This document shows positions 18,346-26,642 of a stretch of DNA of 30,614 bases, one piece after another. The position numbers and the translations under genes are program-made. The notes under the pieces were generated by a model. The model worked only from the letters and a program-made list of their open reading frames with translations. It made no database searches and had not been told where the DNA came from. Position 1 is the first letter of the stretch. The number at the start of each line of letters is the position of its first letter. The stretch lies in the NCBI GenBank assembly GCA_037446635.1, contig JBBIIG010000049.1:1-30614 (forward strand). The letters run 5' to 3'. The stretch is from a bacterium. GTDB lineage: Bacteria; Zhuqueibacterota; Zhuqueibacteria; Oceanimicrobiales; Oceanimicrobiaceae.

Positions 18346-18513
18346 AAGTCGAGCTGAAGCTGATCGCCTTCGATTCATGTTTTGACTCTGCTCGCGATGA
18401 AAAGATTTTGACACCCTTTGTCGAGTTTTCTTGAGCAAAATCGCTGCGAGTTTGCCCGGCAAACAGTGGATTCTTTTCGGCCCGACTTCTATGAAACGCA
18501 TCAAGGGAACACC

Positions 18514-19617
18514 ATGACAAAACAAGACACCCAACATCTCAATTATGCTTACTTTCAAGCGTTGATTAAAAACCAGCTTTCGCAAACACAAATTCGTGAA
18601 CACGAAACCCATTTGGCGCAATGCGAGCGCTGCCGCGTTCTCGCCGAAACCTTGACCGACGCCCGCACCATCGCCGGGCGGCCATCGAAAACCGTGGACG
18701 TCCACCCGCGGAAAGCCGACTTGACGGCAACCATCGAAAAGCTCTTGGCCGAAGAATGTTCGCCGCGCGAGGCCGCCGATCTCCTTGGCCACGTGGTTTC
18801 GTGCAAACGATGCTTCAGTTATCTGGAATCGTTTTTTGAGGAAGCCTTTCGGCCGTTGGGGGAAAACATTGCGGATCAATTGCAAATGTACGCCGGCATC
18901 TCCATCGCCAAACAAGCGCTGGCGCTGCGCCCGCCCAAAAGCAGTTGGACCGCCCCGCTGACCGACTGGGTGAAAAAAATAATCCCGGAGCCTATTCCCA
19001 AGTGGGGCCTGGCCACCGCCGGAGCGGCCATGTGCCTGCTGATCGTATTTGGCGGAATACGTTACTACCAAACCAGCTATCGTTTAAACCTCTCAGAAAA
19101 GATATTGAAAGAGCATCACCGCGTTTTTGTGGAAGACACACCCCGGCCCAGCGGCGGATATGCCGCCGCCGGCATCAGCGTTCTGATGGCGCCCGATACC
19201 GCCAGCTATTTGGCGCAGGCTCTGGACTTAACAAAGAAAGCCCTCGACAACGGCGCGGATAAAAACCGCTCCCAGCATTTGCTGGCGCGGATTCTGATCT
19301 TCCAAAATCAACTGGCGGAGGCCGACTCGGTGTTCCATCAGTTGGAGCCCGCCGCCCAAAACCGTGCAGAGGTTCTGAACGATCGCGGCGTGTTGGAATC
19401 GAAGCGGCAAAATTGGCCAGCCGCCGCAAATTATTTCGATGCCGCCATTCGCGCGGACGCCACGTTCGCCGAGGCTTATTACAACTTAGCGCTGGCGCTC
19501 AGTAAACAGGGTCAAAACGCCGGCGCGATTACGCTGCTCAATGATTTTCTCAAAATAGAAAAAGACGAAGGGTGGAAAATCGCAGCGCGGGAATGGCTCA
19601 AGCGCTTAAACATGTAG
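18514..19617 (+). CDS. Anti-sigma factor: twin ZAS + TM + TPR domain
   Basis: 'HLAQCERC' and 'HVVSCKRC', TM 'WGLATAGAAMCLLIVFGGI', TPRs 'AEVLNDRGV...', 'AEAYYNLALAL'. Start at 18514 after AAGGGA. Confidence 0.8.
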   Translation: MTKQDTQHLNYAYFQALIKNQLSQTQIREHETHLAQCERCRVLAETLTDARTIAGRPSKTVDVHPRKADLTATIEKLLAEECSPREAADLLGHVVSCKRCFSYLESFFEEAFRPLGENIADQLQMYAGISIAKQALALRPPKSSWTAPLTDWVKKIIPEPIPKWGLATAGAAMCLLIVFGGIRYYQTSYRLNLSEKILKEHHRVFVEDTPRPSGGYAAAGISVLMAPDTASYLAQALDLTKKALDNGADKNRSQHLLARILIFQNQLAEADSVFHQLEPAAQNRAEVLNDRGVLESKRQNWPAAANYFDAAIRADATFAEAYYNLALALSKQGQNAGAITLLNDFLKIEKDEGWKIAAREWLKRLNM

Positions 19618-19644
19618 TTCTAATCAAGCTAAAGGAGGCAGGAG

Positions 19645-21234
19645 ATGGTAGCCCTATTCATGCTGATATGGAATGTTCTAAAAAGATGGTTGGGGATACG
19701 CATCACGGTCATCCGCCGGCTGCCGGCGGCCAAATCATTGGACGTGCACCTCTTGGGGTTGGCCGCCGCGGTGACGGGCGTGCTGATGGCCAGCGCCATC
19801 GCCTACCAAACCACGTTGTTGACGCAGTTGTGGGTCACGCTTTTTTGGATCGGCTTGATTCTGCTGGGCGTCCTGTTTGGCAGCGGCATCACCACGCTAC
19901 TCGCCGTGATAACCTTTTTAATTCTCACTCTCGCCGGCGGCTCATCCGTTCTATTTATTTTGCTGCGCGGCTACGTGTTGGGGTACGCCTTCGGGGCGGT
20001 GTTCGCGATTTTGTACAACGACCTGGTGTATCTCTACCTGAGAATTTTTGAGCGCCGCCTGACGAAGATCGCGTTTGCCGTTTATGATGATCGCGAAGTG
20101 AACATCATCAAATCGCCCATTCAAGAAGAAGAACGAGCGCTGCGCGAATTGGCTCCCCCTCGAGCAGAGCTGCTTTATGATTATGAGATCGCTCACCCGC
20201 CGGCCGCGCCCTACACCATCTTATTTGTGGCCAATCCCTTCATTCGCCGACGCAAGGCTCAACAAGCGGACCCGGATGTCTTTGCCGCGGATCCAATTTT
20301 GGATGACCGGGAATTGTTTCTCAATTCGGTCAATCGCGCGCTGCGCAGTTTTGAAGATAACGAAGCCCTCGGCCATCCGGAAATCTGGAGCCGGGTGCGC
20401 GTGGTCGTCATCTTTGATGATTCGTTAAAAACGGAGGCCGCCAGCGATTGGGCGCTCATTGAAGAGCTGCAAATCCCATTTGTCATCAACGACGAGACCA
20501 TCGAAAACATTCTCGACCCGCTGCCGCAAATGACCGCCCGCGTGAGCAACCTGCTGCAAAGATATGAAACGCGCCGCGGGGAAAGACTCGTTCGCATTGA
20601 AGACGTGGACATCATCTTTGGCATGAGCGCCTGGCCCAATTATATTCGCTCCTTCGCCCATTTTTCGGATTACAGAGAAGGCCAGGGGGGAATCCCGGAC
20701 CGCGCCGGCACCGGCGCCGGATTTCATTTTGAGCCAGCTCCAAACAACGGCGGCGGACGACCCGTGAATGCGAACGGTTTGATTCATGAATTTCGCGTCT
20801 CCGAGCCGGGCCGGGTGGCGCTCAGCGTGGTAGGCGCCAACCAGCGCACCTTCATCCATGAGTTCGCTCACGCCATGTCCTCGATGATTAACGGCGCCGT
20901 TGCCGATGAATACACCGACCGCATCCTGGTAATCCAGGAAGCGAAGGATCTAAATACTCCGCGGCCGCTTTACATCAATCAGATCGAGCGGCCATTTCAC
21001 AACTCGCCCCGCTTCAATGGCGTCCCAAAAGTGTTTGCAGATTACAACGGCGCAGTCTTTCACAGCGATCTGGCGCACCCTTCGGCGAAGGAACACTGGC
21101 TCGGCTACTTTCCCGACCGCCCGAACCCAGATGTTGGCTGCACCATGGATCGCTACTTCGGCCACTACCGCTTCGATAATTTGATCGGCAACTTCATGTA
21201 CGATCGGCTAACCGCCAAACTCAATCGTCCATAA
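19645..21234 (+). CDS. Membrane-anchored zinc metallopeptidase, M64-like
   Basis: About 4 N-terminal TM segments. 'TFIHEFAH...AVADEY' (HExxH at 20857-20871) and downstream 'GCTMDR'. Strong RBS AAGGAGG. Confidence 0.7.
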   Translation: MVALFMLIWNVLKRWLGIRITVIRRLPAAKSLDVHLLGLAAAVTGVLMASAIAYQTTLLTQLWVTLFWIGLILLGVLFGSGITTLLAVITFLILTLAGGSSVLFILLRGYVLGYAFGAVFAILYNDLVYLYLRIFERRLTKIAFAVYDDREVNIIKSPIQEEERALRELAPPRAELLYDYEIAHPPAAPYTILFVANPFIRRRKAQQADPDVFAADPILDDRELFLNSVNRALRSFEDNEALGHPEIWSRVRVVVIFDDSLKTEAASDWALIEELQIPFVINDETIENILDPLPQMTARVSNLLQRYETRRGERLVRIEDVDIIFGMSAWPNYIRSFAHFSDYREGQGGIPDRAGTGAGFHFEPAPNNGGGRPVNANGLIHEFRVSEPGRVALSVVGANQRTFIHEFAHAMSSMINGAVADEYTDRILVIQEAKDLNTPRPLYINQIERPFHNSPRFNGVPKVFADYNGAVFHSDLAHPSAKEHWLGYFPDRPNPDVGCTMDRYFGHYRFDNLIGNFMYDRLTAKLNRP

Positions 21235-21263
21235 GACTTCACAAATAGTCGGAGGGATTTGAC

Positions 21264-22250
21264 ATGCTGCCTTTCAATCCATCCTTTCGCCGTCTCTTGA
21301 ACAAATTTCTACCGCAGTTACGCGATGAAGATTTGGATCGGCACGAGAGTCTCATCGCCTTGCGGCAGCAGTTACTTATTGAGCGCGACCTGTCTCCGCC
21401 GCCGCAGATCGCAGGCGAGCAAACCGCGCCCGCGCTTAGAGATATCGCTACTCTCATCGAGCGCGCAACCCAATTAGCGGACGCGATCCTGCGGCCGTTT
21501 CGGACGGAGTTCCGGCTGCTGCTGCGTCTCTATGACCACCAGCGCCGGCAGCAGCTTTTCAAAGGACGGTTCACGCCCTTTCCAACCTCGCCCTCAAGTT
21601 TCGTCCAGTTTGTCAGGCACGTCGCCGTGGGGCTGGTGCTTGAGCCACTCATCTATATTAGAATTTTCATCCTGCAAATTCGCCGCGCCCTCGCCGAATT
21701 GACCTCGGCGCAGGGGATCGCTGTTGCCGCTGCGGCGGCGCTGCTGCTTTTGGGCGTGATCACCCTCAACAATCAAACGGTTGGCGTCCCCAAGCCAGAC
21801 ATCAGCGCGACAGCGGAAATCGATTCCGGCCGGGCCGTTCATACTATCGAGATTCAAAAAATGAGCGAGAGCCAGTTTGATCCAAACCACCCGCAACCCC
21901 TCGAAATCAACATCGCCACCGAGTCGGTAACGGACGCCTTCGATGGCACCGTCACGATCCGCACGATCGCCGCGGTCATCGAAATCATCGCGCCGACCAA
22001 TCTGGCGTCGGCGCCGGTTGTTTGGTCGAAGGCGGGGCAATACGATGGCCTGGAATACCAGTTAGTCTTGATGCAGGAAAACGGCAACTCGACGCAAATC
22101 GTGATCGCGGCCCGCGCCGCGGATCAGGTCGCCGTGTCAGCGCAAGACTCGGTGGTGCGTAGTGAGTATCACCGAAAATCAGGAATTCGCAAAGTAACCG
22201 TGAGGTCGGTTTATACGCTGACTTCAACGACAGCGATGAGCTTGAAATAG
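21264..22250 (+). CDS. Hypothetical membrane protein (helical N-terminus, central TM, beta-rich C-terminus)
   Basis: 328-aa ORF with RBS GGAGG, packed between neighbours with 29 and 10 nt gaps. Confidence 0.7.
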   Translation: MLPFNPSFRRLLNKFLPQLRDEDLDRHESLIALRQQLLIERDLSPPPQIAGEQTAPALRDIATLIERATQLADAILRPFRTEFRLLLRLYDHQRRQQLFKGRFTPFPTSPSSFVQFVRHVAVGLVLEPLIYIRIFILQIRRALAELTSAQGIAVAAAAALLLLGVITLNNQTVGVPKPDISATAEIDSGRAVHTIEIQKMSESQFDPNHPQPLEINIATESVTDAFDGTVTIRTIAAVIEIIAPTNLASAPVVWSKAGQYDGLEYQLVLMQENGNSTQIVIAARAADQVAVSAQDSVVRSEYHRKSGIRKVTVRSVYTLTSTTAMSLK

Positions 22251-22260
22251 CGGTGCAGTC

Positions 22261-25200
22261 TTGAAAAGAAAATTAACATACTTTGCGCTCCTAACTTCCG
22301 TGGGCGCCGCGATCGCGATCTACTGGCAGCTTAACCGCCAGCCGACGCTGGCGCAACTGCAGCAAAAATATCTCACGGCCCAAAACGACAGCGAGCGCGC
22401 TCGAATCATCGATCAGGTGGAAGAATATTATCTCCACCTCAGCGTGGAAGATTCCATCCGAAAACGCGTCGAGCAAAACGTGGCGGCAATGGTGGACACT
22501 TCCCGGCCCGGCCTTTCCGATTTTGACGGCGGCTGGGACTCGCCGGATCTCTATGCCCTGGAATCCCGCCTCAAACAACTGCTGAAAGCCGCGATGATCG
22601 TTTGCGCAAAATCCTCGCGGGAGGCGTGCGCGGCGTTCCTGCAAAAGGCAGTGGAACGCGCGGCTTTTGTGGATAGCAAAACGCAGCACCAATATTGGAC
22701 GGCGCTCGTGGAAAAAATGAAGGCCTACTCAAAAAAAGCAGCGCTGGCTTATTTGCGGGCCGGGGAAGCGGCGGCGTGGTGTGCAAGAAGGATCGATCGC
22801 GATTACCAGGCGGCGGAGCAGAGCGCCGCGCTGGCGCTGCAGTATTTGCGGTCGCGCCGGAATGAAAGATTACGACTCGAATTGATGCAGCGTATTCAGT
22901 ACATTCTCTTTTTATTTCGCAACCTGAATGAGCTGTCCATCGCTTTAGCGGAACACAACTGGCCGGCCGCGGAAAAAGTTGGCGATTATTTGCGGATGAC
23001 GGGGATTTTGTACAATCAAGCCGAGGCCTATGGAAGAGGTGGTGAAATTGAGAACTTACTGAAACAGTGCCAGCGTATTCAAAATCTTGCTGAGGAACAT
23101 AAAGATATTTCAATAATAAGTTGGTATCAGATAAAAGCAATGATTTTTACCATCGAGGCCTACTGGCGATTAGGTGATTTTGAAAAAGCGTTAATTGTGG
23201 TCGCTCAAGCTGAACAGTTACGGCTGTCGCCCGAAGAAATTGTTGTACTAACAAACTTAAAAGGCCTGATATCTCAAGGTTTGGGAAATTACGAAATAGC
23301 CGAGTCAGAATTTAAACGGGCGTTGCTGTTGGCAGACTCATCGGCGGTGCTATTCAATAGAATTGTGTTTCGAATTAATTTAGCCGATCTGTATCGTAAC
23401 CTCACAGAATACGAGCTTGCATCCACTTATCTAAATCAGGCCACCCAATTGTTATATGAATATGATGTCGAAACCAGCGGAGAATTTGTGCGAGTCCTTT
23501 TTAACAGCAATTTGCTGGAGGCCACAACTGAAAAGGTACAACCGTTATTGACTCACAAGTTGATAGAGCAAACGAAACGAATACTCACCGGCGCGCAACA
23601 TTCGCCCAACTCGGAATCAAGATTGCACTTTACACTTGGCCGATTGTATTTTGCCCTCCAAGAATATCAAAATGCTTTGCCGGCATTTCAGTCCGCGGAA
23701 CGTATTTGCGAACAAAATGGATTGATAAGTTTTGCATGGGAAGTAAAAATAAACGCCGCCAAAACATTGCTCCATTTGCGGGAATTCGACCAGGCTAGAA
23801 AAAAGGTGAATGAAGTTTTCCTTGCCAGCCGGGAGAAAAAAGAATATGAACGCATGATCGATGCTCTCGCCATCAGGGCTGAAATCGAACGCCAGAAAGG
23901 AGATTTGAATGCCGCCATCAACATTACTAACCAACTCATTAACACTGTCGAAGAGCTAAGCGGACGTTTCGAGCAGCCTCATCGTCTGGCGGCCTTCCGA
24001 CAAAAAATGTACGATTACCTGAAACAAGCTGTCCTTTATGAAATTTACCGAAACCGGGTGGACTCGGCCCTCATCAAATTGGATTATGCCAAGTCTCGAG
24101 CATTAAAACACTTTGAGAATTTTGGAAATGGAGACTCTCGAATGCCGATCCCCTTCGTGGGTAAGCATCTAATCAACATTGATTCTTTAAAAAACAACGT
24201 GGGCGAACGCAAAGTCGTCCTTGATTACTTTCTAAGTTCTGACACCTTGTACATGTTTGTCATCTCCCGTGCAGATTCGCTGCTCTTGAAAAAGCAGGTT
24301 GATATAAATGATTTGAAAAAAAATGTTTATGATCTTCTAAAAAACATCAATCAAACCATCACTCTTTTCAAAAATTATGATCCAAGCAACAATCGCAGGC
24401 ACTTCATAGAAAACACAGAGCTGGCTCACAGCTTGTTTGAAAAATTAATGGGGCTTCCGGAACTCAAAGCGGTGTTGGAAAATGTGAATATGATCTACTT
24501 CGTACCGGATGAATTTCTTTACCAGGTACCGTTCGCAGCGCTGGTGGTTGACACGACAAAAGAAGCCAAATACCTCGTAGAAACAGCCGCCCTGGCGTAT
24601 CTGCCGGCTGTCTCATTTTTGCAGCCGAATTCTAAAATATCAGATGGCGCTTCTCTGCATAGCCAACGCTCTTTGATCAGCGCCAACCCGGATATCCCAG
24701 GCGTTAGCGAGCTCGTGAACTTTCTCCGCAAGACATTCCCTCTATTTGAAGAATTACAAACCAACTCTCCGCCGACGAAACAACACATCATCGAAAAATT
24801 AACCGCGGGCCATGACGTTTACATTGTAGTAGGACACGGCAGCGCCAACCCAACAGAGGTAGAACGCTCACAGATGGAATTTACTATCAAGGATGAACAA
24901 AACGGATCAATCGTAACCATTCCCCTCACAATTGCAGATCTAAAACAAACAACCTGGTTCGGCGCTAAAATGGTGATGCTGGTCGGCTGCGAGACCGGCG
25001 GCGGCAAAGTTTATCGCGGCGCCGGCATGATCGGGCTGCAGCAGTGGTTCGCTGCCATGGGCGCCGAGAATGTGATCGGAAGCCAATGGAAAGTAGATGC
25101 CGCTCAAACCCTGGATCAAATAGAGCATTTTATCGGCGTCTGGCTGGAGAATGACAACCCAGCAAAAGCTTTGCAAACGGTGCAATCGGCGGCCATCCAA

Positions 25201-25278
25201 AAGCTGAGACAGCACGACTATTTCAAATTTCCGCATCCCTATTACTGGTCCGCCAATACCTTAATCTGCAAAAATTAA
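22261..25278 (+). CDS. TPR-CHAT (caspase HetF-associated) protease with N-terminal signal anchor
   Basis: TTG start, KRK + hydrophobic stretch, TPR-like array. CHAT motifs 'FVPDEFLYQVPFAAL', 'GHG' (H859), 'LVGCETG' (C910), 'IGSQWKVD', 'HPYYWSA'. Confidence 0.92.
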   Translation: MKRKLTYFALLTSVGAAIAIYWQLNRQPTLAQLQQKYLTAQNDSERARIIDQVEEYYLHLSVEDSIRKRVEQNVAAMVDTSRPGLSDFDGGWDSPDLYALESRLKQLLKAAMIVCAKSSREACAAFLQKAVERAAFVDSKTQHQYWTALVEKMKAYSKKAALAYLRAGEAAAWCARRIDRDYQAAEQSAALALQYLRSRRNERLRLELMQRIQYILFLFRNLNELSIALAEHNWPAAEKVGDYLRMTGILYNQAEAYGRGGEIENLLKQCQRIQNLAEEHKDISIISWYQIKAMIFTIEAYWRLGDFEKALIVVAQAEQLRLSPEEIVVLTNLKGLISQGLGNYEIAESEFKRALLLADSSAVLFNRIVFRINLADLYRNLTEYELASTYLNQATQLLYEYDVETSGEFVRVLFNSNLLEATTEKVQPLLTHKLIEQTKRILTGAQHSPNSESRLHFTLGRLYFALQEYQNALPAFQSAERICEQNGLISFAWEVKINAAKTLLHLREFDQARKKVNEVFLASREKKEYERMIDALAIRAEIERQKGDLNAAINITNQLINTVEELSGRFEQPHRLAAFRQKMYDYLKQAVLYEIYRNRVDSALIKLDYAKSRALKHFENFGNGDSRMPIPFVGKHLINIDSLKNNVGERKVVLDYFLSSDTLYMFVISRADSLLLKKQVDINDLKKNVYDLLKNINQTITLFKNYDPSNNRRHFIENTELAHSLFEKLMGLPELKAVLENVNMIYFVPDEFLYQVPFAALVVDTTKEAKYLVETAALAYLPAVSFLQPNSKISDGASLHSQRSLISANPDIPGVSELVNFLRKTFPLFEELQTNSPPTKQHIIEKLTAGHDVYIVVGHGSANPTEVERSQMEFTIKDEQNGSIVTIPLTIADLKQTTWFGAKMVMLVGCETGGGKVYRGAGMIGLQQWFAAMGAENVIGSQWKVDAAQTLDQIEHFIGVWLENDNPAKALQTVQSAAIQKLRQHDYFKFPHPYYWSANTLICKN

Positions 25279-25295
25279 AGAAGACAGGAGGAATT

Positions 25296-25649
25296 ATGTT
25301 GAACAAACGTCCTGCTATCTATTTTCAAGGCGGCACATTTGGCGGCGGCGGCCCGGATGACGGCGCCCGCACACCGGAATCCGCAGCGGGCCGCAGCCAG
25401 GGCTATTTGGCGGTGGCGTTCGGCCTGGCGCTCGGGCTCACGCTCATGGTTTTCTTCGGAATTTTTCGGGCGTTTCCGGGGCTGATCTCGGAGTTCCGAG
25501 CGCTGCAGGAGTTTGTGGCGGCGGTCTATCCCAATCTTTGGCTGAGCTTCCTGTTCGGTTTCATTGGCGGAACGCTCATCTCGGCCATTTACAACATGCT
25601 GGTGGTGCGCCGCCTCAACCTCTTTGGGTTGGAATACACCCACGACTGA
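25296..25649 (+). CDS. Small 2-TM membrane protein with Gly-rich N-terminus
   Basis: RBS GGAGG. Two hydrophobic helices ending 'GFIGGTLISAIYN'. Confidence 0.75.
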   Translation: MLNKRPAIYFQGGTFGGGGPDDGARTPESAAGRSQGYLAVAFGLALGLTLMVFFGIFRAFPGLISEFRALQEFVAAVYPNLWLSFLFGFIGGTLISAIYNMLVVRRLNLFGLEYTHD

Positions 25650-25686
25650 TCTCCATTCCCCCCGCATCAGCGGGCCTCACTAAAAC

Positions 25687-25728
25687 GGGTGCGTTTCATG
25701 CTAAAAACATGAACGCACCCATTTTTTT
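25687..25728 (+). terminator. Intrinsic terminator closing the sigma-CHAT operon
   Basis: GGGTGCGTT(T)CATG-CTAAAAA-CATGAACGCACCC followed by ATTTTTTT. Confidence 0.7.
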
Positions 25729-25765
25729 ATCTCGATTAGATTCCCTAAAAAAATCCCGAGCAAGT

Positions 25766-25794
25766 TGTGAGATTTTTCCAAATCTGAGTGACTA
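25766..25794 (+). promoter_or_regulatory. Candidate ECF promoter, copy B
   Basis: TGTGAGATTT-N13-TGACTA, 93 nt upstream of ATG 25888. Confidence 0.5.
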
Positions 25795-25887
25795 ACTAAT
25801 TGCAAGAAGATCAGAGTCAGAAACTGATCGTCACCATCAATCGTGGTTGCAAAACCACCAACCCTAAAATCATAAAGGAGGTTCATC

Positions 25888-26541
25888 ATGCCACTCGGAA
25901 TGTTTGTCAACCCGCTGCCGGATTTGCGGGCCGGCCATCTGCTGCAGTTCGATTTCCCGGCTGATTACCGCACGCGCGGCGCCCTGCCGAACATCAACAT
26001 CGCGCCGCCGGGTATCGAGCAAATGTACGGACTGTTGGGAACGCCGCCCAAAGAACAGGGGCACCCGGTGATCAAAGAGCGTCCGGTTGAAGACGAGGAT
26101 CCACGCACGCCGCCCTACCAGGATCAGATCATCGACATCGATCAGCGTGCGGCGATCTACCACACCGGCCGCTTGAGCGGAGTGTTGGCGAAGTTTTTGG
26201 CGCAGGACCGCTATGAATCGCGCGTTCGTTTCGACGCACTGCCGCTGACCATCGCGGGCGCGCCCATCCCAATCCGCACCATCAATGCTTCCCTGGCTGC
26301 GCAGGCGGAATCGGTCAATGTCTGGTATTTTCGCGATCCCGCCACCCAGCAGGAGCTGATGTTTCACGCGCGGGTCTTTTTCAACCCGGCAAGCGTGGGC
26401 TTAACCCCTGGCAACCTTTACAAACTCACCGTCCGTTGGGAGTTCTGGGATAAAAGCTCGACGCCCAATCTGCGGATGCCGATTTCCGGTTTCGATGAAA
26501 CCGTGGCGTTCGAGGTGAGCGAGGCTACCATCAACTTGTGA
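25888..26541 (+). CDS. Hypothetical soluble protein, probable beta-sandwich
   Basis: Strong RBS AAAGGAGG, 217 aa, no TM, C-terminal 'PGNLYKLTVRWEF...PISGFDE'. Confidence 0.8.
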   Translation: MPLGMFVNPLPDLRAGHLLQFDFPADYRTRGALPNINIAPPGIEQMYGLLGTPPKEQGHPVIKERPVEDEDPRTPPYQDQIIDIDQRAAIYHTGRLSGVLAKFLAQDRYESRVRFDALPLTIAGAPIPIRTINASLAAQAESVNVWYFRDPATQQELMFHARVFFNPASVGLTPGNLYKLTVRWEFWDKSSTPNLRMPISGFDETVAFEVSEATINL

Positions 26542-26574
26542 GACCGGCTGTCCAACAGGCTGCCACATCAGCGC

Positions 26575-26614
26575 GGGGCTGTCCTTAATTTTTGTTGCAA
26601 TTTTGGACAGCCCC
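26575..26614. repeat. Intergenic hairpin GGGGCTGTCC-N20-GGACAGCCCC
   Basis: Perfect 10-bp inverted repeat between the 25888 and 26643 genes. Confidence 0.6.
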
Positions 26615-26642
26615 AATTTCAATTAGGCAATGGAGAGTACCA

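Noticed and set aside
18398..18427. Third copy of the candidate ECF promoter upstream of the anti-sigma (TGAAAAGATTT...CGAGTT)
   Set aside because: Only the upstream box partly matches. The downstream box is too poor to support.
17209..25278. Type III-E CRISPR Craspase locus (TPR-CHAT plus sigma factor)
   Set aside because: No Cas7-11, cas1 or repeat-spacer array in the window. The analogy is mechanistic only.
26575..26614. IS terminal inverted repeat or MITE
   Set aside because: It resembles some IS ends, but no transposase or clear target duplication is present, so it is kept only as a hairpin.
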